DNA of 64,000 nt from Diplonema japonicum (GCA_964019335.1 OZ025664.1:310001-374000), one strand, 5' to 3'; numbered from the stretch's first letter, positions 31,800-43,512 are shown. The notes: generated by a model not told the origin, from the sequence alone. A program made the numbers and translations.

Positions 31800-33029
31800 A
31801 TGCCACCAGCAAAGAAGAAGGCCAAAACGGAAAGTATGCCTGCGGGTGTCAGGTGGATGTACAAGGACGACAAAAAATGGAAAGAGTACGGCTTGGAGGA
31901 CCAACAGATGCTGGAAAAAAGCTACGGGTCCATGAGAGGGGGCAAGAAGGTGATGGAGACCAAGAAACTGACCTTCAACAAGGAGTACGGCAGCGTGTAC
32001 GTATTCGACTTCAAGAATTGGACACAACACAACAAAGACAGCGACACCACCAGAAAGATAATGAGATGTGTTGAGGACAGTGATGAGGAGAGCGAAGACG
32101 AGGACGAAGAAGGCGACGATGTTCAGTGGGAAGTACAAGACAACCATCAAATGTGGACAGCTTTTTACGACGAGGACAACGAACTCATAGAAACCGCCTA
32201 TCAAAAAAACAAGAAAAAGATTTTCAAAACGGCTGAACTGACCTTCAACAAGGGCTTTGACAGCACTTACAGCTTCGACTGGAAAAACATGAAACAGACC
32301 AACGAGGACTCCGGCAACTCTCGCAATATAAGAAGAAAGGCTAACGGAAAACCCAAAGCATGGAAAATCAAGAACTACGGAATCTCCGGCTCAACAGGCT
32401 CCGCCCCAGCAGAGGCAGTCAAAGGTGTCCTCTCATACCCAGACACTTGGTCGAAACAAAAAGACCCTATGATGGATCAGTTCGAAGTCAAATCCGGCAG
32501 CACGGAGTACAACGATGTCTTGAAGGATTTCTTTAAGACAATCCACAAGAAGGTCACCGTGAAGAAGCTTATGAGGGTTCAGAACTATGCGTTGTGGCCT
32601 TTCTACGCACTGAACAAGGACAAGATTAGCAAGACGAACGGGAAATTTGGATGCAATGAAAAAATGCTTTTCCACGGTGCGCGTGTCAGGGCGAACATGG
32701 ACTGTATTCTTAAGTACGGGTTCGACACAAGGGTCGCGAATGCTGGTCTTTGCGGGACAGGGACGTACTTCGCGGTCAACGCAAACTACAGCGACTCGGG
32801 GTACGTGTTTAAGGCGCAGGACGGGACCAAGGAGATGATGATTTGCCGTGTGCTCGTAGGGCGACACGCTCTTCGGAAGGGCAATGACCGGCGCCCACCC
32901 CCCCTCGATCCCAAAAAGCCCAACAGCGGTCTTTACGACTCTGTCGTTGACAATATGCAGAATCCCGTTATGCATGTTGTGTTTTATGACAACCAAGCTG
33001 TCCCAGAGTATGTTGTGTACTACAAGTAG
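31800..33029 (+). CDS. Tandem WWE-domain ADP-ribosyltransferase (PARP12/TIPARP-like)
   Basis: Two WWE-like repeats (WMYKDDKKWKEY, WEVQDNHQMWTAF). ART domain motifs RVQN, MLFHG, GTGTYFA, YDSVVD and VVFYDNQAVPEYVVYY. Confidence 0.88.
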   Translation: MPPAKKKAKTESMPAGVRWMYKDDKKWKEYGLEDQQMLEKSYGSMRGGKKVMETKKLTFNKEYGSVYVFDFKNWTQHNKDSDTTRKIMRCVEDSDEESEDEDEEGDDVQWEVQDNHQMWTAFYDEDNELIETAYQKNKKKIFKTAELTFNKGFDSTYSFDWKNMKQTNEDSGNSRNIRRKANGKPKAWKIKNYGISGSTGSAPAEAVKGVLSYPDTWSKQKDPMMDQFEVKSGSTEYNDVLKDFFKTIHKKVTVKKLMRVQNYALWPFYALNKDKISKTNGKFGCNEKMLFHGARVRANMDCILKYGFDTRVANAGLCGTGTYFAVNANYSDSGYVFKAQDGTKEMMICRVLVGRHALRKGNDRRPPPLDPKKPNSGLYDSVVDNMQNPVMHVVFYDNQAVPEYVVYYK

Positions 33030-33581
33030 TGTTTAAAAAAAAAAAAAAAAAAATGGCCCTCGAAAAAAAATTTTTTTTTTTCCCCTCTCCCCTTTTATCT
33101 CAGTAATCGGGCGGGGGGAAAAAAAAGAAATGAGAGGTTGGTCATTACGGGGAGGTGGGGGATGGGGGGGGGGGGGGGGGTTTGCTTTATTATCTTAGAT
33201 TCCTTCCCCCGCCCCACTCCCTACTTTTTTTTTTCTTTGGTGGTTAACTTCTCCCTATCGTAAATAGTGATGGTTTTCTTTTTTTTTTTTTTGAAAAGTA
33301 AACGTGGTTCCCCTTTTTTTTTATATGATATTCCAAAGCCCTTCTTCCCCTCAGGGAGTGCATCCGCCAGCTTTAAAAAAAGAAAAACGAAAAAATCGCT
33401 TGGAAAACTTTCTCCCCCCCCCCCCCAAATGAAAGTTTTATTTTATTTTTTTGTTCGGCATGAAAAACAACGACAACCTGCGCCTCTCTCTTCTTCTTCT
33501 TTTTTTTTTTTTTTAAAGTTTGCCATACTGTCTGAATGGGCAAGTGTTCTTTCCCCTTCTCCTAGTGTCAACCCGTAGATG

Positions 33582-33691
33582 TGTCCAGTGATGAGAAATT
33601 CCGTTTAATAGTCTTCTTTCCAATGAAAAAAAAAAATCATTTTTTTTCCTGATTCCAACAACAGATTGCTGACAGTTTCATTCTGAAGACA
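33582..33691 (+). ncRNA. Box C/D snoRNA A, copy 1
   Basis: C box GTGATGA 33588-33594, D box CTGA 33683-33686 and terminal stem tgtc/gaca. The D' guide gtcttctttcc is complementary to the conserved LSU rRNA sequence GGAAAGAAGAC. Confidence 0.82.
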
Positions 33692-33728
33692 GACTAAGTA
33701 GCGTCTTTCCAAAAAAAAAAAAAAAAAA

Positions 33729-33770
33729 TGGGGCTTTGATTGCAACACTAGGTGGCGTTAAGCGTGCAAT

Positions 33771-33771
<1 letters not shown>
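33729..33771. mobile_element. 43-nt terminal fragment of the SINE-like repeat, inverted relative to copies 1-3
   Basis: Exact reverse complement of cattgcacgcttaacgccacctagtgttgcaatcaaagcccca, embedded in A-runs. Confidence 0.8.
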
Positions 33772-33808
<37 letters not shown>

Positions 33809-33840
33809 CAAATTCCACGTTGTGCTTCGCCCCATCACCA

Positions 33841-33907
33841 GACATTACTACCTGTCTTAGGCGAAGCCCCCCTTCTCCCTGTGCTGATCACTTACCCGCG
33901 CTTATGA
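33841..33907 (+). pseudogene. 5'-truncated copy of C/D snoRNA B
   Basis: Shares gacattactacctgtcttagg and gatcacttacccgcgcttatga with 34075-34182 but has no C box or terminal stem. Confidence 0.6.
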
Positions 33908-33932
33908 GAACCAGCCTTGCGGGCAGGAACCA

Positions 33933-34011
33933 CTCCGAAGTGATGACATTGAATACACCGCAACGGTCTGAGTCCTGTCACGAGGATTAGAAACGTATTG
34001 ACGTCTGGGAG
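33933..34011 (+). ncRNA. Probable box C/D snoRNA C (variant D box)
   Basis: C box GTGATGA 33940-33946, D' CTGA 33968-33971, terminal CTGG 34005-34008 and short ctc/gag stem. It sits inside the snoRNA cluster. Target not identified. Confidence 0.55.
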
Positions 34012-34074
34012 GCCTCTTTTGGTCTCTTGGGCAGCTGATCGGAATCATTTTTTTTTTTTTTTTTTTTTTTTTTT

Positions 34075-34182
34075 TGCCACTGATTAAAACACTTTACTTG
34101 ACATTACTACCTGTCTTAGGTGAAGGGGGTCAACAAGGCCTCCTTCTCCCAATGCCGATCACTTACCCGCGCTTATGAGGCA
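34075..34182 (+). ncRNA. Box C/D snoRNA B
   Basis: Terminal stem tgcc/ggca, C-like CTGATTA and D-like ATGA 34175-34178. Guide ttacccgcgctt is complementary to LSU AAGCGCGGGUAA. A second guide, acctgtctta, is complementary to LSU UGAGACAGGU with one G-U pair. Confidence 0.75.
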
Positions 34183-34209
34183 CTCTCTATGTCGAGGGGG
34201 GGGCAAGGT

Positions 34210-34319
34210 GTCCAGTGATGAGAAATTCCGTTTAATAGTCTTCTTTCCAATGAAAAAGAAATCATTTTTTTTTTCTCGTGATTCCAACAACAGATAGCTG
34301 ACAGTTTCATTCTGAGGAC
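34210..34319 (+). ncRNA. Box C/D snoRNA A, copy 2
   Basis: C box 34215-34221, D box 34312-34315 and gtcc/ggac stem. Near-identical to 33582-33691. Confidence 0.85.
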
Positions 34320-34432
34320 CGATTTATGGGGAAAGGGCAAAAAAAAAAAAAGAAAAAAAAAAAAAAAAAAGAAACACCATAATAATTTCTTTTTGCAGTT
34401 CCCAGGGAGGAGGGACAAACAAAAAAAAAAAA

Positions 34433-35440
34433 ATGGATATCGATAATGCAACAGCCTTCGAGATGGCAAAGGCTTTCGGGACTATATTGGTCTTGGACTT
34501 CCCGGTGAAGGGTCATTTCGGGGTAGATTTGAAGAGCTGGACCACGGGAGAACGGTTCAAGGGAGTTAAAATGCTCCCTATGGGACCGCATCTTATCACA
34601 TACTGCTTGGAAGGAGAGGGCGGTGTTGGGGGTGCTGTGTGCTCATTCTTCATCAACATTGCAAAAAAAGGTGAGGTTTTTGTGTACAAATGGGACGTGG
34701 ACACCGAAACATTGATAGAAATAGACGAACTAGAGCGTGAAGGGTACGAAAACGGGGTGCGGTCCATGGCGTTTGATCAGAGTTTAGCACCGTACCCCTT
34801 TGAGATCCACAACGATTGGATGGGGTTGATGGGCCCCACGAGGATCGAAGATATTGACAGAATCAGGCCAGTTTCGAAACAGCATTTTAAAAGCAGTACG
34901 CTGCCAGAATCAGGCGGCAGTGCTGTTGCGCACAGTGGGCTTTCTTGTTCGCTTTTCTTCACTTCGGAGCCGGAACGGCCGAAGGATCTGACCCCAAGCG
35001 ATGTCACACAGTGGTGTTTTGATGGGTCGCTTAAACTTGATGTGTTGTCTGCAAAGATCGGTTCAGAGGCCTTAGCTTCTGAACTGTCCGTAGCTTTCAT
35101 CCTGTTCCTTGTTGGGCAGAGCTATGAAGGGTTCGAACACTGGAAGAGCCTTCTCGGTATCTTCCTCACGGCCGAGGCGTCTCTCTCCTCCCCGCGTTAC
35201 ACCGCATTTTATATTGCGGTATCCCGTCTCCTCACAGCGCAGCTTGGCCACGTCCCTGAGGAGTTCTTTGTCGTCGACAAGGGATTCCTTCCCGCTGCGT
35301 TCACATCCTTCAAGCAGATCCTCCCTGCCACCTTGCCCTCTGAACTGCAAGCTGCGACCTCCTTGTTGATGGAAAAAGCCGAATCCCTCATGGGTGTTCT
35401 AGAAGACGATGAAGATGACATGCCTGTCATTGTTGAGTAG
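34433..35440 (+). CDS. AAR2: AAR2, U5 snRNP assembly factor
   Basis: Motifs FGVDLKSW..GERFKGVKMLPMGPH, FDQSLAPYP and ELSVAFILFLVGQSYEGFEHWK. Confidence 0.9.
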   Translation: MDIDNATAFEMAKAFGTILVLDFPVKGHFGVDLKSWTTGERFKGVKMLPMGPHLITYCLEGEGGVGGAVCSFFINIAKKGEVFVYKWDVDTETLIEIDELEREGYENGVRSMAFDQSLAPYPFEIHNDWMGLMGPTRIEDIDRIRPVSKQHFKSSTLPESGGSAVAHSGLSCSLFFTSEPERPKDLTPSDVTQWCFDGSLKLDVLSAKIGSEALASELSVAFILFLVGQSYEGFEHWKSLLGIFLTAEASLSSPRYTAFYIAVSRLLTAQLGHVPEEFFVVDKGFLPAAFTSFKQILPATLPSELQAATSLLMEKAESLMGVLEDDEDDMPVIVE

Positions 35441-35621
35441 GTTTTTTTTTTATTTCATTTTTTTTTTTTTTTAACTTTTCCAAAAAAAAAAAAAAAAAAA
35501 AAAAAAAAAGACGGGAAGGGGTGGTGGTGGTAAAAGAAAGCAAGCTACACACACACAAAAAAAAAAAAAAAAAGAGAGAGAGAAAAAAAAAAAAGAAAAA
35601 AAAAAACTACCATATGCGAAA

Positions 35622-38231
35622 ATGTTTGTATATCTGAGCAAGAAAATCGCGATACCGAATGGGGTCAAGCTGCGCAGCGTGGCGTGGAATGCAGACCAAG
35701 GCTGGATTGCATGCGGTGGGGACAATGGGCTGTTGAAGGTGTTGAAGCTGGAGATCGACCGAAACAAGACGACGAGCAACCTGTCGATGAACCAGACGCT
35801 GGACGGCCACGAGGGCTCGATATCCGTCGTGGGGTGGAACGAACAATACAGGAAGCTCACAAGCTCCGATCAAAACGGGCTGATCATCGTGTGGATGCTG
35901 CACAAGGGAATGTGGTTCGAGGAGATGATCAACAACAGAAACCGCAGCGTCGTCAAGGACCTCTGCTGGACGAGCGACGGGCAGAAGATCTGCATTGTCT
36001 ACGAGGACGGCTGCGTCATCGTAGGATCAGTCGATGGAAACCGTCTTTGGGGCAAAGAGCTCCGCAGTGGCGGCAAACCCCTCCAGCTTACCCATGTCCA
36101 ATGGTCACCAGACTCAAAAATGATACTTTTCGGCACTCTTTCAGGCGAAGTTCACCGTTACGATGCCACATCAGGAAACTGCGTCTCAAAGGTCCAAGGG
36201 TACTGTGTTGAAGACAGCCCTGGTGTGAAACTCTGCGGTTTGGAGTGGTTTGACAACCCAGACCTTGGTTTTGACAATGTACCCCCTACCCTTGCCATTT
36301 GCTACGAGAACGGCCGATGCCAGTTGATGCGCAATGAAATGGATGATAAGCCCATCCTCATCGACACCGGGATGAAGGCCACCAAGATTAAATGGAACTG
36401 TCAAGGTCAGGTTCTCGCCATCGGCGGCACCCAAACCACCACCCTCCCCGCGGGCGAGAAAAAAGAACTATCCATGGTTCAGTTCTACAACACCCAAGGC
36501 CAGCACCTCCGAACGCTCAAGGTCCCCGGTCTTGGAATCTCTTCAATTTCGTGGGAGGGCAACGGGCTCCGTCTTGCCCTTGCTGTTGACTCCTTTATTT
36601 ACTTCGCAAACGTGCGGCCCGACTACAAATGGGGGTATTTCAACAAAACGTTGGTCTATGCGTTCTTGAAGCCTGGGAAGATGGACCACAGCATCGTGTT
36701 TTGGAACGCGAAGACAGCGGAGAAGAACGTGAAGAACGTCAGAAAGCTGATGCACATCGCGACGGGAGGGGACAACTGCGCGCTGGTGAGGAAGGACGAC
36801 ACCTCAGGGCAGTACATCATCATCCTCTGCAACGCAATCGGAAGCCCCATCGACAGCAAGTACGTGGATTTCGAACCCACCACGATCGCCATGACGGGAA
36901 CACACGTGGTCGTAACCTCGGAAGATGTAGTGTACATCTGGCAGTACAGGTCAGTGACCTCCAAAGACGACAGCCTCGACCCACAGGCTGCCAATGCAAG
37001 GAGAAAGGAAGGCAAGGAGAGGGTGTTCCACATCGAGGATCTCAGCATTGACGAAGAACTCGGGCAAGTAAAGCGTGCCATGGTCACTACCGACATGGTC
37101 TGTGCCAGCTGCATCTCCGACAAGTTCGTCCTTATCGGCCGCGAGAGCGGCACTGTTCACGTCTACAAACTCCCTGAAATCAAACTGGTCGACAAATTCG
37201 TGATGAGCTGCCGTCCCCAAGCGATGGAACTGAACTGCACCAGCACCACGCTTAGCGTTATCGACATCATTGGTGTCCTCACCTTCTACACTATGCCCAA
37301 ACACGAGAACTACTCCCTGCACCCCACCCAAGGACAAAGCCTCAACTTTGAACGCAAAGACGTGTGGGACATGAAGTGGGCCACCGACAACGAAGAGCTC
37401 TTCGCCATGATGGAGAAGACAAGGATGTACATCTTCAGAGGGCTCGATCCTGAGGAGCCCATTCTCAGCTCGGCAAACATCTGCGCCTTCAACAATCTGA
37501 AGATCAAGGCTGTCGTGCTGGATGAGATCATGTCCGAACCAGAGCACCCTCAGAAGGACTGCGTCATCCACTTCGAGACAAAATCCCTGCGCGACACACG
37601 CGAGCTTCTCAAAACGACCATCAAGGACGCTTACGAGTTCATTGATAAGAACCCGCATCCGCGGTTATGGGCATTGCTAGCAGAGCAGGCTTTGGAACAG
37701 CTGGACTTCGTGGTGGCGGAAAAGGCGTTTGTGAAGTGTAGAGACTACCAAGGGATACAATTTGTGAAAAGGTTGAAACAGCTGGACAAGGACAGGACGA
37801 AACAGCAAGCGGAGATCGCAGCGTACTTCCTTCGCTTCGACGATGCGGAGCGGCTCTACAGGGAGATAGACAGGAAGGATCTTGCAGCCGAGCTGAGGAT
37901 GCGCCTTGGCGACTGGTTCAAGGTAGTGCAGCTTGTCCAAGAAGGCGGTCTCGATGACGTGCACATCCAAGAGGCGTGGGACAACATCGGCGACTACTAC
38001 GCTGACAGGCAGAAGTGGAGCAAGGCAGTCCAGTACTACAACCAGGCGAAGAACTACGAAAAACTTGTCGAATACTACCACATCCTTGAGGACTACAGCA
38101 ACATGCAAAAACTCATCGAGCTCCTTCCCGACGGCAGCCCGCTCCTAGTCAAGCTAGGCGGGAAGTTCGCCTCCGTCGGCCTTTCGAACGATGCAGTGAC
38201 GTCCTTCCTTAAAGTATGTTCATTGTGCGGG

Positions 38232-38266
<35 letters not shown>

Positions 38267-39473
38267 AAAAAAAAAAAACAGGCTGATAAAGTAAAGCTTG
38301 CGGTGGACGCATGCATCGAACTGAATCAATGGTCGAAAGCAGTGCAGCTTGCTGAGAAGTATGAGCTGCCAGAGATATCATCGTATCTCGCAAAGTATGT
38401 GATTTTAAAATGAAAGTAAGAAAAAAAAAAAAAAAAGATATGCAAACCATCTTGTGGAGAAGGATGACATCCCGCAAGCCATCGAGCTGTATCAAAAGGC
38501 GGAATACCACACAGAGGTCGCGAAGCTGTTGGCGGGGTTGGGGAAGGACGCGAGCAAAAAAGGAAACATTCTGCGGGCGAAGAAATTCTACGTCCTGGCC
38601 GCCATTGCCATCGACAAGTACAAGAAAAAAGCGTTGGACGGGCAGAACCCAGGAACAATGGTCGACGCACTGCTCTCCGCAGATAAAACCACCGCCACCA
38701 ACAGGGCACTCGACAATGCATGGAAAGGCGCGGAAGCACACCATTTCTTTCTTCTAGCACAACAGCAACTGGTGGAACAACACGACATAAGCAGGGCAAT
38801 GGTTACGGCAATGCGGCTAACAGAATACGACGATTACCTTGACGAAGTTGATTTATACAGTCTCATAGCACTGGCAGCGTACCTCAACAAGTCATACTCG
38901 TTATGCTCCAAGGCTTTCATAAGATTGGAAACAATCGAGGCTCGTGGCGGAAAACGCGGTGATCCCGACGGTACACAAACAGAACATCAAGGCGACAAGG
39001 ACGACGCCTTGTTCCATTCCATCGACAGTAAAGGTTCGAACATCCTCAGTGCTGTCGGGGCGTTGTCCAGAAAGTTCGGACAAGGAAAACCTTCCTCTGT
39101 CTCGTTTGAAATGGACGAGGAAGGCCGGCCTTATCAAGACCTTGCCATCAAGATCTTTACAAAGCACCCACCTACCGATACGCCACCTACAGTAAACTGT
39201 TGGAAATGTAAGGTTGAGACCAAGGAATGGTATTCATCGTGCCAAGCCTGTGGTGTTTCATTTAATGCATGTGTGATTAGTGGGAAAATGATCCAATCTG
39301 ACACCGGTTCTGCAGAGCACAGAGTTGAAGTTTGTAAGAGGTATGAACGAAAGAAAAAGGGGAGAAAAAAAAAAAAAAAAAAAAGGTGTCGCCATAAAAT
39401 GTACCGAAGCGAACTTCTCGTCAAACGCTGGCGGCACTGCTTCTTATGCCACGCGTTGCTTAACAATGATTGA
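35622..39473 (+). CDS. IFT121: Intraflagellar transport protein IFT121/WDR35
   Basis: Diagnostic start MFVYLSKKIAIPN, then NLSMNQTL, WFEEMINNR, NPHPRLW and a C-terminal Cys cluster. Introns 38214-38281, 38395-38437 and 39341-39385. Confidence 0.95.
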
Positions 39474-39944
39474 GTATAATTGGAAGAAAAAATAAAAATA
39501 AAAAGGGGGGGTATAAATAAATAGAAACTTTTTTTACTTTCTCCCCCCCCCCCCCGGAGGTTTTCATAGAAGTGTTTGTAACATTCTCCTTCATTTTACC
39601 CCCCCCCCCCCTTCCCTGAAGCTTGAAAAAAGTTGATTTCCCCTGCCTTTTTTTTAACACCGTCCTTTTTTTCCAGTAGTTTTTTTGAGGTTTCGTGGTG
39701 GGGGGGGGAGAAAAAAAAACACATGAAAGAGGAAAATGATGAGAACAATTTTTTATACCTTCCCCCCTCCCCACTATTTCTTCATATTTCTCTTCAGTTG
39801 GGGGAGGGGGGGGTTTATTTCCCTTATTCTGACAAACTACTGACAAGTAATTCTTTATTTTAACATTTTATTTTTTTGGAATGTGCACCCGATGGGGGGA
39901 ATGAAAAAGAAGTCTTTTTCTCAAACAAAAAGGTGGGCGGGAGG

Positions 39945-40290
39945 ATGCTAAGGCGTGCTACGCTGCTGCTGGGGTCCGACTCCCTTGGGAGCAGTCTTGC
40001 GACACAACCGCAGACACTATCGAAGGTGAATGCTGGTTCTCCTGCAAAGCAGGGTTTAGGTCAAACGGGCGAAGGGAACATAGGAAGTGCGAGCCCTTAT
40101 GCAGTTACTTACACAGTCCCATCGAAGTCGGCGAGTATGTGAGAAGGAAAAAAAAAAAGAAAATGACAAAAAAAATCTTTTTTAAAGACGCCCCGCGTGT
40201 AGTCGATTCCTCACATTACAAGCAAGCAGTTCCTTTCCAAAAGACTACATGGTCCCCTACTGCCGAGGACATACCCTCAGATAGGTGTGG

Positions 40291-40322
<32 letters not shown>

Positions 40323-41823
40323 CAGCATTGCCGAACGGCCGCAAGCGGAACTTCAAGTGTTCTGCAGACGTGACGAAGTGTTGCCGATTCCACTCGAAAC
40401 AATCAGCCTCGAGGACCGTGTTCAGAAACGAAGGAACACGCACACCCGAAGACGCGCATTGTGGAACAAGATAACAAGGATGGGCAAAGGCAAGAAGACA
40501 GAAGGCGGCCTCCTAGTCAGAGACGAGACCTACTGGAAGTGGTGGGTGCAAGATGGGTACGGCTTTATCGACAAACCCAACCACCTGACATGGGAACAGT
40601 TCGCAGAGGAGCTGGAAAGCTTTTCATTTCATTGGGAGCTGCACCCCACGAAACCTGAAGACTACTACATCCTACACTTGGTGCGGCGTAAGGGTGACGA
40701 CATGGAGGTGGTGTGGAGTGCAGAGCACGCTGCATGGCAGAGCCCCCTTCTCGTCGATATGTACGCTGCACTGGGCACCATGATGGCCCGGAGGCTCAAA
40801 ACACGCACCATCTCTTTCGACAATAGCCGCGGCACCATCGGCGAGCTCAATATCCAGCACGTGTCCCCTTACACCTCTGCTGTCCAGATCAATGCACGCC
40901 CTTCTTACTTCTACGACGCGCACCTCCGAGAGGAACGTGAAGAAAACTCCAGCTGGTACTTCACCAAGGAGCTGCAGACCCTCCCTGGTATCGATGAGGA
41001 CGGTACTGTTTCATTTTACGCCAGCGGTGAGTCTCTAGCTTACCACCTCTCCGCGTCCGTGAAGGCACTCCTCGACAGGCCAATGTGGATGTTCTACAGG
41101 CGGGCCATCCGTAAGAACGCTAAGCACAGGGATGACTACTTTAGCAACAGCGACAAAGTCGGGCACGCGATGCTGTCGTGGACTGCGTGGGACGACCAGT
41201 CGTACGGACTGTGGCCCGCAACATGCCAGCTGGACGCCATCACCGACCACTGGCTTGAGGAGTCGCCCTTCCCGCTGCGTGTCATCAACAACAAGATACG
41301 GAAGCTGGCCAGGATGCGGCCGCAGAACCTCGAGTCGCGTCAGTTCTTAGACAGCAACATCTCCCTCACAAAGCAGGCTGGGACGCAGCTGCTTGCCACA
41401 CACGCACCTCAACTTCTCCTCTCCGCCAGCGAGGGCGGCAACGACTTCATTCACAACCTCCTTAAGGAAGACACCATGGACACAGAACGCACGCAAGTGT
41501 ACAGGCAACTCACACCCGGCGATGTAGAGGAGCTGATGTTACTCCGTGAATCCGACGATGCTAAAGAACGGCAGCAAGAGGAAGAGGAGCATGCGAGGGA
41601 GCAGGAACGTGCAGAGAAGGAGTCAGAACTGGCACGGAAAGCACAAGAAAAGGAATCGCGCGAGCCTGAGGTTAACAAAACCATCGAAGAGTTAGGGAGG
41701 GAAAGACTGAAAAGGAGAATCGCAGACGGCGAGACCTCAGAGGACTCCGAGCAGTGGGAGTGGTACCACAGGAACGAGGAGGTAAAGCCCAAAGCGTCAC
41801 CTATGGGAGCAGTCGAGCTGTAG
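39945..41823 (+). CDS. Hypothetical protein with mitochondrial-type presequence
   Basis: MLRRATLLL start. Introns 40135-40187 and 40285-40325 link three frames. Confidence 0.72.
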
Positions 41824-41937
41824 CACTGAGTTGCACTTGTCAAGTCTTTTTCGTATTTTCTTTTTCTCTTCAGGAATACCAAACTACGTTTCACATTTAC
41901 ACAGTAATTCACCATTATTCGTAGAACTACACTAAAA

Positions 41938-43512
41938 ATGGTTTTGGATATTGCGCTGTTTCGAGAGCACCAGGGTGGGTCCCCCGACATGGTGAGGGAG
42001 TCGCAGAGGAGGAGGTGCAAGGAGCCCGAGCTGGTCACAAAGGTGATTGACCTGGACAAGGAATGGGTGGCGAGCCTCAAGAAATGTGAGAACCTGAAGA
42101 AGTGCGCTACATTTTGTTCGAAGGCGGTGGGAATGAAGGGAAAGGCGAAGGAGCCTATGGGTGAGATGGCACCCATCCCGGAGGAGTTGAAGCAGGCGGT
42201 GAAGAATGACACGCTCGACAAGGACGATCTTAATGCACTGAATGGTACGCAGCTCAAGGCATTTGCAAAGGAGATCAACTCCTGGGTAGAGGACTCAGCG
42301 GTGGAACAAGACAAGGTTGCAGACCAAAGGCAGCAGGCCTTGAAGCTTGTGGGGAACATTGTGCACGAGTCGTGCAAGCCGACGAAGGACGAAGATGAGA
42401 ACGAAGTTGTGAGGGAGTGGATGCCTGCTGACGCGCTCCCCCCCAAGACTGAGGACACCTGGAACCACGTTGACCTCATGGGGCTTCTTGGCATGGAGAC
42501 TGGTGCTCAGGCCTCCGCGACGGCGGGCAACCGTGCTTACTTCCTGACCGGTGACCTTGTGCAGCTCCAGCTGGGTCTTATCAACTACGCCATGCAGTTC
42601 CTCATCCAGAAGGGACACCAGCCCTTCTACCCCCCGTTTTTCATGAACAAGCAGGCGATGGGCAACGTCGCGGAGCTGGCGCAGTTCGACGAGGAACTGT
42701 ACCACGTGTCAGGCGAGGGTGACGACAAGTACCTGATCGCCACCTCCGAGCAGCCGCTGTGCGCATACCACGCCAACAAGTGGTACCAAGAGTCGGATGT
42801 ATGAGTGTTTCTTTTTTTTTTTTTTTTTAAAGAAGAATAATGGGGGTTTAAAAAAAAATTCTTAGCTTGCGGAGCCCGTGAAGTACGCCGGGTACTCGAC
42901 GTGCTTCAGGAAGGAGGCCGGGTCGCACGGCAGGGACACGCTGGGCATCTTCAGGGTGCACCAGTTCGAGAAGATCGAGCAGTTCATGGTGTGCTCGCCG
43001 AGGGATGAGCTGTCGTGGAAGCTGCTCGAGGACATGATCAAGAACTCTGAGGAGTTCTACCAGTCGCTCGGTCTGCCGTACAAGGTGATCAGCATCGTGG
43101 CTGGGGCTCTGAACCTGGCTGCCGCAAAGAAGTACGACCTTGAGGCGTACTTCCCTGCCTCTGAGACATTCAGGGAGCTGGTTTCGTGCTCCAACTGCAC
43201 CGACTTCCAGTCCCGTGCCATCAACACCAGGTACGGCCAGAACATGAAGGGCACAGCAAAGGAGGCGAAGAAGGAGTACGTGCACATGCTGAACGGGACC
43301 CTGTGCGCGATCACCAGGACGATGTGCTGCATTGTTGAGAACCACCAGACTGCTGAAGGAATTGAAGTCCCTGAGGTGTGGAAGAAAAAAAGGAAAAATA
43401 AGAAATTTTAAAACAGGTGCTGAGGCCTTACATGGGTGGCAAGTCCTTCTTGAAGTTCACTGGGCCAAAGGTCAGGAAGCCCGTGAAGGAGGAGAAGCCC
43501 AAGAAGAAGTAA
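41938..43512 (+). CDS. SerRS: Seryl-tRNA synthetase (cytosolic type)
   Basis: Motifs [56 protein letters not shown] and HMLNGT. Introns 42799-42865 and 43376-43416. Confidence 0.96.
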
